Of a stretch of DNA of 62,000 nt, positions 35,454 through 44,984 are shown piece after piece. Within the stretch, counting starts at the first letter, position 1; every line of letters starts with the position of its first letter. The DNA is taken from the NCBI RefSeq assembly GCF_000737315.1, contig NZ_JMCB01000006.1:20001-82000 (forward strand), given 5' to 3'. This DNA is from Hyalangium minutum. GTDB taxonomy: Bacteria > Myxococcota > Myxococcia > Myxococcales > Myxococcaceae. The position numbers were made by a program, and so were the translations under genes. The notes beneath the pieces were generated by a model, which made no database searches, was not told the origin of the DNA, and saw only the letters and a list, made by a program, of their open reading frames with translations.

Positions 35454-36281
35454 TCAGGGAGAGGGAATGAGCCCCTCGCCGTGCCTCACCAGGACCGCCC
35501 GCGAGTAGGCCATCTGGAACCCAAGCCGCGCGGCGTTGCGCTCGGTGGGGATTCCGGGTCCGGAGTGGATCACGGCCCAGCGGCTCCCGTGCTCGCGCCC
35601 TTGCTCGAGGCGCCGGATGATCAGCGCCTGCTGGATGCCCCTCCCACGGTATGCGGGCCTCACGGAGGTCCCGAACAACTGGGTGACGCCCTCGCTCGAC
35701 TCGCAGCCACCCGCGCCCACGGTCTCGCGGCCGATACGGGCCATGAACAGGTCGTACCCAGGCGCTGTCGAGGCCCTCATCCCGAACTCCAGGATGGGCT
35801 CCGGCACCGCCACGCCCTCGGGGAAGAAGCCGCTGAAGGCCACCTCCACGTGCTCGCGGACCGCGGCGGTGTTCTTCGGATCCACCCGGTCGATCGTCAC
35901 GCCCTGGGGCCAGCCTCCCTTCAGGAGCACGCGGAGGTCCTCGCCTCCCGACAAGTCCCTCACGAGGGTGTTCTCGAACTCGTGGAGCACGAACCCTCTC
36001 CGAGCGAGCCCCGCGAGCAGCTCGGGCGGCGCAAACGGGCTCAGCTCGACCTTGGGCTCCGCGCCGCGCTCCGTGAAGAACGCGACGATCCGGTCCAGCT
36101 CCGCGTCCGTGAGGGCCCGATCGAAGCCGAGCCCGCAGGCCTTGTTGATCGGCGAGCCGGGCGAGTCGAAGAGGAGCCAGCCATCGGCCAGGCGCTCGGC
36201 CTCCTTGACGAACCGTGACAGCGGAACACCGTGCTTGTGTTCGACGAGGCGGGCGATCCCAGCGAAGTCCAGGTCTTTCAT
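35454..36281 (-). CDS. GNAT-family N-acetyltransferase
   Basis: Acetyl-CoA motif TSVRPAYRGRGIQQALI; SERNAARLGF-like motif (TERNAARLGF). Start trimmed to MKDLDF. Confidence 0.85.
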   Translation of the reverse strand: MKDLDFAGIARLVEHKHGVPLSRFVKEAERLADGWLLFDSPGSPINKACGLGFDRALTDAELDRIVAFFTERGAEPKVELSPFAPPELLAGLARRGFVLHEFENTLVRDLSGGEDLRVLLKGGWPQGVTIDRVDPKNTAAVREHVEVAFSGFFPEGVAVPEPILEFGMRASTAPGYDLFMARIGRETVGAGGCESSEGVTQLFGTSVRPAYRGRGIQQALIIRRLEQGREHGSRWAVIHSGPGIPTERNAARLGFQMAYSRAVLVRHGEGLIPSP

Positions 36282-36315
36282 TGCGCGCGAGTCTTTGAGG
36301 GGTGGAACTCCGAGT

Positions 36316-36939
36316 CTACTTCGTGGGCGCCGGTGCCCGCATTTTGGCACCCGTGGGGGCCTTCTCCTGCGGCTTTCCCCCTCCACCGGGCGTGACCGCA
36401 GCCGCCGCGGCATCCGGCTCGAACAGCCGCAGCGTCCACAGCGAGCCGGTGTTGTACCCAGGCAGGTTCATCGGGTTGAAGATGCTGGAGCTCGTCGCGA
36501 AGCCTCCCGCGTACGCAGGGGGGAACTCCGTCAGCTTCAGCGCGCAGCCCACCAGCACCACGCCTGGGCGCGGTACGGCGTTGCTCACCGCCGTGCACTT
36601 GCCCACTGCGGCGAAGTGCCCCTCAGGCAAGTCGAAGCTCGCGTACATGTCCGCCTGGGAGCCCTCGGCGAAGGTGCGATCGGTGACGAGCGCGCACGCC
36701 CTCGCCTTGCCTACTGCCTTCTGCTCACCGGCCTTCAGCTTGCCGTTCGCATCCCGCTCCGGCACGGAGACAATGCCTGGCAGCTTCACGTTCGCCTGAA
36801 AGGGCGCACCCTGGCAGAGGTTCGGATCCGCCGCCTTGGGGTCTTCCAAGGTCCGGAACTGGTACGACACCTCACCCGCCCGCGCCGACAGCGGCAGGAC
36901 GAGTGCGAGCGAGACCACAGCGACAGAGAGGCGCGGCAT
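36316..36939 (-). CDS. Secreted hypothetical protein, beta-rich, four Cys (possibly dirigent/allene-oxide-cyclase-like barrel)
   Basis: Signal peptide MPRLSVAVVSLALVLPLSARA/G; alternating beta-strand pattern. The fold guess is weak. Confidence 0.65.
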   Translation of the reverse strand: MPRLSVAVVSLALVLPLSARAGEVSYQFRTLEDPKAADPNLCQGAPFQANVKLPGIVSVPERDANGKLKAGEQKAVGKARACALVTDRTFAEGSQADMYASFDLPEGHFAAVGKCTAVSNAVPRPGVVLVGCALKLTEFPPAYAGGFATSSSIFNPMNLPGYNTGSLWTLRLFEPDAAAAAVTPGGGGKPQEKAPTGAKMRAPAPTK

Positions 36940-37023
36940 GGGACGACTCCTCGGGATGGTGGGCTCCGGATCTAACGTGATCCGGGAGCACCACGACCAT
37001 CAGGGTCATCCGCACCCCAGCGG

Positions 37024-38121
37024 TTACAGCCGCACCAGCTGGGCGCCGTAGTGGACACTGGCGCCCACAGCGGCCACCATCACCACGTCCCCACTGCCCA
37101 GGCGCACCCGGCCGGACTCCAGGTCCTCGGCCAGCAGGATGAGCATGCCGGCCGCCGAGGTGTTGCCGTAGCGGTGCACATTCATCGCCACGCGCTCCGG
37201 GTCCAGCCCCGCGTGATGAACGAAGAACTCCATCAGCCGCCGGTTGGGCTGGTGGAAGTAGTAGCGCTTCACCTCGGAGGCCAGCTCCGGGTGGTTCTCC
37301 AGCACCGCGCTGATGCAGTGTCCCATGACGAGCGGGTAGCTCTCCGCCACCTTCTGCCCGTTCACCACGAAGGCCATGTCGCCCGGACGCGCGCGGCCCT
37401 GGAAGGGCAGCTTCATGTTCCCGCCGCCGCGGCGGAAGACCAGCTCCCCATGGGTGTTTCCGGACATCGTCGCCAGGATGCCCGTGCCCTCCTCGCCATC
37501 CGCGCGGAGGATGACCGCGCCCGCCCCGTCTCCGAACACATACCCAGACAGGTACGCATTGAGCGGCTTGGCGCCGGGCGAGGGGATGATCTCGTCCGTA
37601 TAAACCTGGCGGTTCACGTGCGGCGAGCACAGCGACGAGGCCACCACCGCCACCGTCTTGAAGCGGCCGCCCTCCATCATCTTGGCCGCCATGTCGATGA
37701 TGTACGGGGTGCCGCCGCACCCATCGTCAATCACGAGCGCGAAGGTGTCCGTGCGGCACTCCAGGCGCCGGTGCAGCTCCATGGCGTCGTGGTTGAAGTT
37801 CAGCTCGTCCGGCGTGCAGGTGACGAGCAGGATGGCGTCCAGCTCCTTCGCCTCCACGCCGGACTGCACGAGCGCCTTGCGCAGGGCAATCTCACACATG
37901 TCCGTGTTCGACGCCGGATAGACGGGCAGATCATTCTCGGGTGGAGCAATGGCCACACCCTCCTTGTCATCGATCTCCCACAGATAGCGGCGCTCCTCGA
38001 TGCCCGTCTTCTCGAGAATGCGCTCAGGGGTCCAACCCGGGAAGGCGCGTGCAATGCGCTCGTTGTTGATGACTCGGGAAGGAACGAAGGCGCCGGCTCC
38101 AGCAAAACGCACAGTGGGCAT
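37024..38121 (-). CDS. 3-oxoacyl-ACP synthase III family (FabH-like) protein
   Basis: Triad Cys (DDGCGG), His (YFHQPN), Asn (YGNTSAAG); FGDGAGAV; N-terminal ILEKTGIEERR. Confidence 0.88.
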   Translation of the reverse strand: MPTVRFAGAGAFVPSRVINNERIARAFPGWTPERILEKTGIEERRYLWEIDDKEGVAIAPPENDLPVYPASNTDMCEIALRKALVQSGVEAKELDAILLVTCTPDELNFNHDAMELHRRLECRTDTFALVIDDGCGGTPYIIDMAAKMMEGGRFKTVAVVASSLCSPHVNRQVYTDEIIPSPGAKPLNAYLSGYVFGDGAGAVILRADGEEGTGILATMSGNTHGELVFRRGGGNMKLPFQGRARPGDMAFVVNGQKVAESYPLVMGHCISAVLENHPELASEVKRYYFHQPNRRLMEFFVHHAGLDPERVAMNVHRYGNTSAAGMLILLAEDLESGRVRLGSGDVVMVAAVGASVHYGAQLVRL

Positions 38122-38152
38122 GGTCGTTTCTCGCGGTGATGTGAGGTGCTCG

Positions 38153-38177
38153 CCTGCTGATGGAGGTCATCAGCAGG
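38153..38177. promoter_or_regulatory. Perfect 10-bp inverted repeat upstream of the KAS III start (operator or 5'UTR hairpin)
   Basis: CCTGCTGATG-gaggt-CATCAGCAGG, ending 31 nt before the ATG on the minus strand. The repeat is real; the function is unproven. Confidence 0.4.
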
Positions 38178-38232
38178 TGGCATGCCACTCGCCGCAGGTG
38201 GGTGAAGGCGCGTCCCAGGCCTTCTCCCGCCC

Positions 38233-38445
38233 TCATGGGCGCCCCGCCCCTCTTCCCCCGTTTTCCAAATAATTCGTTTCTTTCCTGACAAATGGGACCC
38301 CGGTCAGATCCTCGAAGTGCTCGAATTCACGACTGAAATCGAGTCCGAGGAGACCTCTTGGGTTGAGTGCCACCGAGCAGGCGTGCTCGACGTGTAGGCA
38401 GAGCTGGGCCGAGCGGGTGGGTCTCTCAAGACACCGGGGGGTCAT
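38233..38445 (-). CDS. Possible 70-aa small ORF upstream of KAS III
   Basis: MTPRCLERPTRSAQLCLHVEHACSVALNPRGLLGLDFSREFEHFEDLTGVPFVRKETNYLE...; GAAGG upstream; third-position GC only moderately biased. Confidence 0.25.
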   Translation of the reverse strand: MTPRCLERPTRSAQLCLHVEHACSVALNPRGLLGLDFSREFEHFEDLTGVPFVRKETNYLENGGRGAGRP

Positions 38446-38566
38446 GCCTGCCTTCAGAGCGGCAGCCACAGGGGTTCGGGTGACCCACCCCCCTGGGTGA
38501 GTCTGAGTGCGCTCACGCTCGCACCACCCTATCAGGTCGTCCTCCGGAGGAGCCTTCCGGGGCACT

Positions 38567-40171
38567 TCAATGGTGGGGAGGCGGGGCCGCCGGAGGCGTC
38601 CGCTGGGCGGCGGGTGTCGAGCGCCGGGCAGCCGGGAGCGGGTGCCGGGGCAGAGACACGGTGAAGGTGGTCCCGCTCTCCCGCGTGGAGTCCACGGAGA
38701 TGCTGCCGCCATGGGCCTCCACGATGTGCTTCACGATGAAGAGCCCCAGGCCGAGGGAGTGCTTGCCGTGGCACCCCGGGCCATCGCCTCGCTTGAGCGG
38801 TTGGAAGAGCTGGTCCATCAGCTCTGGGGGGATGGGCTCCCCCTCGTTGTGCACGGAGAGGCGCACCTCGTCGGGCAGGCCGAACGTGCGCACCTGCACC
38901 GCGCAGTGCTCGGAGCCGTAAGCCAGGGCGTTGCGCACCAGGTTGGTGATGAGCTGCGACAGCCGGTCTCCGTCCCACTCGCCGCGCCCCTCGCCTCGCT
39001 GTTCCAGGAGGAGCTGCCGGTGCGGGTGGGCGAGCTGGACTTCCTCCACCGCCTGCCGCGTGAGCTCGTGCAAGTCCAACGGCCGGAGCTTCACCGGGAG
39101 GGAGCCCTGGAACCGGACCTGGGTGAAGTCCAGCAGGTCCTCCAGCATCCGGGCGGCGCGATCGGCGCTGCAGAGGATGCGCTCGAGGGTGCGGCGGCCT
39201 CGCTCGTCCTGCCCGCCCTGCTTCAACAGCAGCATGGCGGCCATGGAGATGGCGTTGATGGGGTTGCGCAGATCATGGCTGACGATGCCGATGAGGTGCT
39301 GCTCGATGTCGGCCCGCCGCCGCTCCTCCTGCTCGGTCCGCTTGAGCTCGGTGATGTCCTGGAGGGCGCCCACCATGCGCAGGGCCCGGCCTTCCGCGTC
39401 GCGCGCCACGTAGGCCCGGTCGCGCACGAGCATGTACGCGCCGTCCCCGCGCAGGAAGCGGTACTCGTCCATCCAGTGGGCGTCGCCTCCTTCGAGTGCC
39501 GCTTGGAGGCCGCTCACCACGCGCTGGCGGTCCTCGGGGTGGATGTGCTCTTCCCACCAGCCGATGGAGGTATCCACCCCGGAGGCGGGGTGGCCGGTGA
39601 GCCGGGAGAGGCTGTCGCTCCAGTCCACCTGTCCCGTCATGATGTTCCAGTCCCAGACGAGATCCTGGGTGGCCATGGTGGCCAGGCGGTAGCGCGTCTC
39701 GGATTGGCGCAGCTTCTCCTCGGCTCGCTTGCGCTCGGAGAGGTGCTCCTGTGTGTAGCGCCGCAGGGAGCTCTCGATGGCGGTGGCCAGCGCATCCAGC
39801 AGGCGGTTCAGCGCCTGAGGCTCCAGAGGCCAATGATCTTCATCGAGGACATTGAAGATGATGAAGCGCAGCAGGGCGTACTCCCGCACCACTTCGGAGG
39901 GATCGAACCCCAGGCGGAAGCGCTGGGCGCCATGGGTCTCGGCGAGCGCCTCCAAGGAAGCGCCCCGAGGGCGGTCCGGGGCAGGCGAGCCTCGCAGGGC
40001 CGCAATCACCGCGACGAGGAACTCGGGCAGGGAGTCGAGCAGCTCGGCTCGGGGCAGGCGGGCCGCAGAGGGCCTCTTTCGCGCCTGCTCCTCCCAGCGG
40101 CGGGCAATGTCCTCGCTGCGAGCCTCCAGCAGCTGGGCGAGGCCCCCGCTCGTTGGGTCGCACGGCGTCAT
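38567..40171 (-). CDS. Cytoplasmic histidine kinase (RsbRD_N-like globin-fold domain, PAS, HisKA, HATPase)
   Basis: HGAQRFRLGFDPSEVVREY (RsbR N-terminal-like), PAS WEEHIHPEDR, H-box SHDLRNP, GLGLFIV. Confidence 0.88.
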   Translation of the reverse strand: MTPCDPTSGGLAQLLEARSEDIARRWEEQARKRPSAARLPRAELLDSLPEFLVAVIAALRGSPAPDRPRGASLEALAETHGAQRFRLGFDPSEVVREYALLRFIIFNVLDEDHWPLEPQALNRLLDALATAIESSLRRYTQEHLSERKRAEEKLRQSETRYRLATMATQDLVWDWNIMTGQVDWSDSLSRLTGHPASGVDTSIGWWEEHIHPEDRQRVVSGLQAALEGGDAHWMDEYRFLRGDGAYMLVRDRAYVARDAEGRALRMVGALQDITELKRTEQEERRRADIEQHLIGIVSHDLRNPINAISMAAMLLLKQGGQDERGRRTLERILCSADRAARMLEDLLDFTQVRFQGSLPVKLRPLDLHELTRQAVEEVQLAHPHRQLLLEQRGEGRGEWDGDRLSQLITNLVRNALAYGSEHCAVQVRTFGLPDEVRLSVHNEGEPIPPELMDQLFQPLKRGDGPGCHGKHSLGLGLFIVKHIVEAHGGSISVDSTRESGTTFTVSLPRHPLPAARRSTPAAQRTPPAAPPPHH

Positions 40172-40413
40172 GGAACCGCTCCTCCCATGGGCACGTCAGC
40201 CAATGTGGGCACGCCCGGGAGCGATGAGGAGGGGCACGTCCGTCCGAGGCTGAGGCGTCCCTGCCTGCCTGGACTCGGACGAGCGGGGCGCTCCGGAAGC
40301 TGTACTACCTGACAGATGGGGGCACTTCTGAGGTTGCAACGGGAGCCGGGCCATCTAAGGTGGGGACACCACCGCGAGCTCGGGAGCAAACCGGGAGCGC
40401 TGGTGCCTGTGTC

Positions 40414-41187
40414 ATGGGCCACGTCCACATCATCCGAGACTTCGAATCCCCCCAGGAAGGCTTCACGCGGACCCTCCGCATCTACACGCCGGACGGGTAC
40501 GACGAGCACGGTGAGCACCGCTACCCCGTCCTTTATATGCATGACGGGCAGAACGTGTTCGCGCACCCGGAGTCGTCGGTCTTCGACACGTGGTGTGCCA
40601 ACCACGCGCTGGAGGCGCTGGTGGCCGAGGGCCGGCTGGAGCCGTGGATCATCGTCGCGGTGGACTCGGGGCCGGGACGGTTCCAGGAGTACTCGCCGTG
40701 GGACGAGCCGCGCAACCAGGTGAAGGCGCGGGGCCCGCAGTACGCGCGCTTCCTGGTGGAGCAGGTGAAGCCGTACGTGGACCGCGTCTACCGCACGCGT
40801 CCGGGTCCGGAGTGGACAGGGGCGATGGGCTCGTCCCTGGGCGGGCTCATCTCGCTGTACCTCGGGTGGCAGTACCCAGAGGTGTTCGGTCGGATTGGGG
40901 CGCTGTCGCCCACGGTGATGTGGAGCGAGCGGCAGCTCTTCACGAAGTGGACTGCCCACAGCCAGAAGTGGTCGCGCATCTATTTGGATGCGGGCTCCAC
41001 GGAGCACATCGCCACGGACAACGTGCCGCTGAATTACGGGGTGGCCACGCGCGAGTTCTACAGCCACCTGAAGCAGGTGGGGTACCACGACCACGAGGTG
41101 ATTCTGGTGCTGGAGCCGGGTGGGCAGCACCACGAGAAGGACTGGCAGCGGCGGCTGCCGTTCGCGTTCCGGTGGCTGCTGAGCTGA
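40414..41187 (+). CDS. Alpha/beta hydrolase-fold esterase (IroE/Fes-like)
   Basis: YPVLYMHDGQN, nucleophile GSSLGG, GQHHEKDW. Confidence 0.88.
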   Translation: MGHVHIIRDFESPQEGFTRTLRIYTPDGYDEHGEHRYPVLYMHDGQNVFAHPESSVFDTWCANHALEALVAEGRLEPWIIVAVDSGPGRFQEYSPWDEPRNQVKARGPQYARFLVEQVKPYVDRVYRTRPGPEWTGAMGSSLGGLISLYLGWQYPEVFGRIGALSPTVMWSERQLFTKWTAHSQKWSRIYLDAGSTEHIATDNVPLNYGVATREFYSHLKQVGYHDHEVILVLEPGGQHHEKDWQRRLPFAFRWLLS

Positions 41188-41206
41188 GCCGGAGCGTAGG
41201 CCTGGG

Positions 41207-42373
41207 CTAGCGGAGGGCCTGGACGAAGCGCACGTCCTCGCGCAGGCGCTCCAGGTCCGCGTGGCGGGTGAGGTACATCTCGCTGCCCATGGCGGCCTGG
41301 TAGACGCTGGGCATGCTGGTGGTGTGCATCATCAGCGCGTGGCCGAGCCGGCGCAGCACCTCCTCGTGGCTGTGGAGGTAGGGGCGGCCGGCGCGCCGGG
41401 CGATGTGGCACACGTGGTACTTGGGGGCGAAGCGGATGTCAGTGACGGGATCGCCGGTGACGAGGCGGGCCCAGAGCCGGTACACGTCGACGTCGCAGGC
41501 GTAGTTGATCATGTCCGTCATGAAGCCGCCGGGGGGGCGGAGGTTCGCCTCGAGCGCGACGAAGCGGTCACCGGGGAGACGGAAGAACTCCAGGTGGAAC
41601 CAGCGCTCACGCAAGCCGAGTGCGTCCACGGCCTTGCGGCCGAGCTCATCGAGCGAGTCGGGGATGGACTTGAGGCTCCAGAAGGAGATGTCGCGCTTCT
41701 CGGTGACGACCTCCATGACGCCGTCGCTGTACTCGTGGCTGAGGGTGAAGAGAATCTTCCCCTCGCGGTCCACGACGCCGTCATAGGTGACGATGGTGCC
41801 CTGGACGAAGGCCTGGGCGACGTAGGAGGTGGGCAGGGGCTGGGCGAGCGCCTGATCGACTTCGGCGTCGCTGCTGACCTTGAAGGTGTGCGCGGCGCCC
41901 ACGCCGACGTCGGGCTTGAGGACGAGCGGGTAGCCCACGCGCTGGGCGAAGGCCTTCACTTGAGCGGCACTCTGGACAAGCTCGAGCTCGGGGTGGGGCA
42001 CGCTGGCGTCACGGAAGACGGTGGCCATGCCGGACTTGGAGCGGAGGCGCTGGATGTCCGAGGGCTTGAGGCCGAAGACGTTGAAGTCCTCGCGCAGGCG
42101 GGCCTCCTGGCCGAGCCAGGACTCGTTGAGCGACTCGATGCGGTGGATGCGGCCGTGGCGCCAGGTGAGGTAGCCGGTGGCGCGCAGGAGGGCGTCGTAG
42201 TCGTGGAGGCTGGGGGTGAAGAAGTACTCGCGGAGGTTCTCCCGCAGCTCGTGGCGCAGGGTGTCGTAGGGGGTGTCACCGATGGCCAGCACGTTGACGC
42301 CCCGCTCCCGCAGAGCGGTGATGAAGTGGAAGAACTGAGGCGGAAAGTGGGGAGAGATGAAGACGAAGTTCAT
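41207..42373 (-). CDS. ATP-grasp domain protein (carboxylate-amine ligase-like)
   Basis: YPLVLKPDVGVGA, QAFVQG, FHLEFF, LEANLRPPGG. Confidence 0.85.
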   Translation of the reverse strand: MNFVFISPHFPPQFFHFITALRERGVNVLAIGDTPYDTLRHELRENLREYFFTPSLHDYDALLRATGYLTWRHGRIHRIESLNESWLGQEARLREDFNVFGLKPSDIQRLRSKSGMATVFRDASVPHPELELVQSAAQVKAFAQRVGYPLVLKPDVGVGAAHTFKVSSDAEVDQALAQPLPTSYVAQAFVQGTIVTYDGVVDREGKILFTLSHEYSDGVMEVVTEKRDISFWSLKSIPDSLDELGRKAVDALGLRERWFHLEFFRLPGDRFVALEANLRPPGGFMTDMINYACDVDVYRLWARLVTGDPVTDIRFAPKYHVCHIARRAGRPYLHSHEEVLRRLGHALMMHTTSMPSVYQAAMGSEMYLTRHADLERLREDVRFVQALR

Positions 42374-42551
42374 GGCTCGCCGGAGTGGGGGCTCCCGTGG
42401 GCCCGACCATAGCGCGGCCAGGGGCGATGCCTACTTCCTGACGAGCGGGAGCCACGGGTAGGCCCCCTTGCCCGGTAGGTATCCACTGTGGGCCCTCAGG
42501 TTCGGGCACGGGGACACGGTCCTGGGGGCACAGGTCGCGGGTCCCTCGGCT

Positions 42552-42593
42552 CGGTGCGGGGCCCCCCGTCAGCGGACGGGTCCTCCCGCACCG
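42552..42593. other. GC-rich hairpin just downstream of ettA (no U-tract)
   Basis: CGGTGCGGG/CCCGCACCG outer stem, CCCGTC/GACGGG inner stem, 4-nt loop, 4x4 internal loop. Confidence 0.4.
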
Positions 42594-42621
42594 GCCGTCC
42601 CGCTCTCCCTCGGCTCACGGC

Positions 42622-44301
42622 TCAGTTCTTCGTCAGCGGCCGGTACCGGATGCGGTGCGGCTGCAGCGCCTCGGGCCCCAAGCGCTTCTTCTTGTCCGCC
42701 TCGTAGTCCTGGAAGTTGCCCTCGAAGAAGAACACCTTGCTGTCCCCCTCGAACGCCAGGATGTGCGTCGCGATGCGGTCCAGGAACCACCGGTCGTGGC
42801 TGATCACCACCGCGCACCCCGCGAAGTTCAGCAGCGCCTCCTCCAGGCTCCGCAGCGTCTCCACGTCCAGGTCGTTCGTCGGCTCGTCCAGCAGCAGCAG
42901 GTTGCCACCGCTCTTCAGCATCTTCGCCAGGTGCACCCGGTTGCGCTCGCCGCCCGACAGGTCCTTCACCCGCTTCTGCTGATCCTGACCCTTGAACGCG
43001 AACCCCGCCAGGTACGCACGGCTCGGCATCTGCCCCGCCCGTCCCAGGTCGATGTGGTCCAGCCCGCCGCTGACCTCCTCGAACACCGACTTGTCCCCAT
43101 TCAGCGCGTCACGGCTCTGGTCCACGTAGGCCAGCTTCACCGTCTCGCCCACCTTCAGCTCGCCCGCGTCCGGCTTCTCCACGCCCGTGATCATCCGGAA
43201 CAGCGTCGTCTTGCCCGCACCGTTCGGCCCAATCACGCCCACGATACCACCCGGCGGCAACTTGAAGTTCAGGTCCTCAACCAGCAGCCGGTCTCCGAAC
43301 GACTTGCGCAGCCCCTTCGCCTCCACCACCAGCCCGCCCAGCTTCGGCCCCGGCGGAATCGTCACCTCGCCGGTCGCATCGCGCTTCTCCTGCGTCTGGT
43401 TGACCAGATCCTCGTACGCCTGGATGCGCGCCTTGCTCTTGGCCTGACGCGCCTTCGGGCTCGCCCGCACCCACTCCAGCTCGCGCTTGAGCGTCTTCTG
43501 CCGGTGGCTCTCCGCCTTCTCCTCCAGCTCCAGCCGCTTCTGCTTCTGGTCCAGCCACGAGGAGTAGTTCCCCTTCCAGGGCACGCCCTCGCCCCGGTCC
43601 AGCTCCAGGATCCACTCCGCCACGTTGTCCAGGAAGTACCGGTCGTGAGTAATACTGACGATCGTCCCCTTGTAGTCCTTCAGCGCCTTCTCCAGCCACG
43701 CCACGCTCTCGGCATCCAGGTGGTTGGTGGGCTCGTCCAGCAACAGCAGGTCCGGCTTCTCCAGCAGGATGCGGCACAGCGCCACACGGCGCTTCTCACC
43801 GCCCGACAGCTTCGTCACGTCCGCATCGCCCGGCGGCAGCCGCAGCGAGTCCATCGCCATCTCGATGGTCCGGTCCAGCTCCCAGCCGTTCGCCGCATCA
43901 ATCGCGTCCTGCAGCTTGCCCTGCTCGGCCAGCAGCTTCTCCATCTCCGTGTCGCTCAAGGGCTCGCCGAACTTGGCGGACACCTCGTTGAAGCGATCCA
44001 TCAGGCCGCGGATCTCCTTCAGGCCCAGCTCCACGTTCCCCTTCACGTCCAGCGAAGCGTCGAGCTGGGGCTCCTGCGGCAGGAAGCCCACCTTCGCGCC
44101 CGGGTCCGGCTTGGCAATGCCGAAGAACTCCTTGTCCACCCCGGCCATGATGCGCAGCAGCGTGGACTTACCCGAGCCGTTCGGGCCGATGACGCCAATC
44201 TTCGCGCCCGGGAAGAAGGACAGGTAGATGCCCTTGAGGATGTCCTTCCCACCCTTGACCTTGCGCAGGTCCTGCATGGTGAAGATGAAGTTCTGGGCCA
44301 T
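42622..44301 (-). CDS. ettA: Energy-dependent translational throttle protein EttA (ABC-F)
   Basis: 559 aa, two ABC domains ([16 protein letters not shown]; [16 protein letters not shown]), no TM, linker [19 protein letters not shown]. Confidence 0.95.
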   Translation of the reverse strand: MAQNFIFTMQDLRKVKGGKDILKGIYLSFFPGAKIGVIGPNGSGKSTLLRIMAGVDKEFFGIAKPDPGAKVGFLPQEPQLDASLDVKGNVELGLKEIRGLMDRFNEVSAKFGEPLSDTEMEKLLAEQGKLQDAIDAANGWELDRTIEMAMDSLRLPPGDADVTKLSGGEKRRVALCRILLEKPDLLLLDEPTNHLDAESVAWLEKALKDYKGTIVSITHDRYFLDNVAEWILELDRGEGVPWKGNYSSWLDQKQKRLELEEKAESHRQKTLKRELEWVRASPKARQAKSKARIQAYEDLVNQTQEKRDATGEVTIPPGPKLGGLVVEAKGLRKSFGDRLLVEDLNFKLPPGGIVGVIGPNGAGKTTLFRMITGVEKPDAGELKVGETVKLAYVDQSRDALNGDKSVFEEVSGGLDHIDLGRAGQMPSRAYLAGFAFKGQDQQKRVKDLSGGERNRVHLAKMLKSGGNLLLLDEPTNDLDVETLRSLEEALLNFAGCAVVISHDRWFLDRIATHILAFEGDSKVFFFEGNFQDYEADKKKRLGPEALQPHRIRYRPLTKN

Positions 44302-44402
44302 CGCGGGTTCGGTGCCTCCAAGTGACGACGTAGACGGTGGCGGATACTAAGGAGGGCCGCGCGGTGCAAGGAACTCTCCATGCCTCCGCCCTGCCCGAGT
44401 GC

Positions 44403-44918
44403 TCAGCGGCGCAGCCGCTCCCACAGGGACTCGGCGAGCATGTACGCGAAGTCCGCGTCCCCGAAGCGCACCAGATCCCCGTCCTGGACGTAATACTCCT
44501 TGTGGGCATCCAGGAGGTGCCCGTTCAGCTGCGTACCATTCATCGAGCCCAGGTCCACGATGGTGCTGGTGTCCGTCTGCCCGTGCCAGCTCAGCCGCGC
44601 GTGCTCCTTGGAGACGGACGGATCGTTGATGACCAAATCGCAACTCGGCAGGCGCCCCACCGAGAGCGAGTCCACGCTGCGCAGCGGCGGCAGCGTGGCG
44701 ACAATCAGCTCGTCGAAGCGCAGCATCACCGCCAGCTGCATGGCCTCCAGGCTGGGGCCCGTGGCCGCCATGGTGCTCTGCGCCCCCATGCGCATCGCCA
44801 TCTGCTCCACCACCGGCCGCGGCGGCTTCTGCACCAGCACGAAGGGACCAATCTGATTGCAGAAGAACGCCTCGGTCAGCCGCGAGGCCAGCGACCGCAA
44901 TTCCCGGACATTGAGCAT
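44403..44918 (-). CDS. FHA domain-containing protein
   Basis: VGRLPSCDLVINDPSVSKEHA...DLGSMNGTQLNG...DGDLVRFG. Confidence 0.9.
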   Translation of the reverse strand: MLNVRELRSLASRLTEAFFCNQIGPFVLVQKPPRPVVEQMAMRMGAQSTMAATGPSLEAMQLAVMLRFDELIVATLPPLRSVDSLSVGRLPSCDLVINDPSVSKEHARLSWHGQTDTSTIVDLGSMNGTQLNGHLLDAHKEYYVQDGDLVRFGDADFAYMLAESLWERLRR

Positions 44919-44984
44919 GGCGCGCGCAGTCTAGCGCGGCGAGGGATGACCACCACTCCCAGAGGTGCTAAGCCCGCCTCCGCC

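Noticed and set aside
33039-36218. 1059-aa plus-strand ORF
   Set aside because: Shadow spanning the kinase and GNAT genes, both of which have clear motifs on the minus strand.
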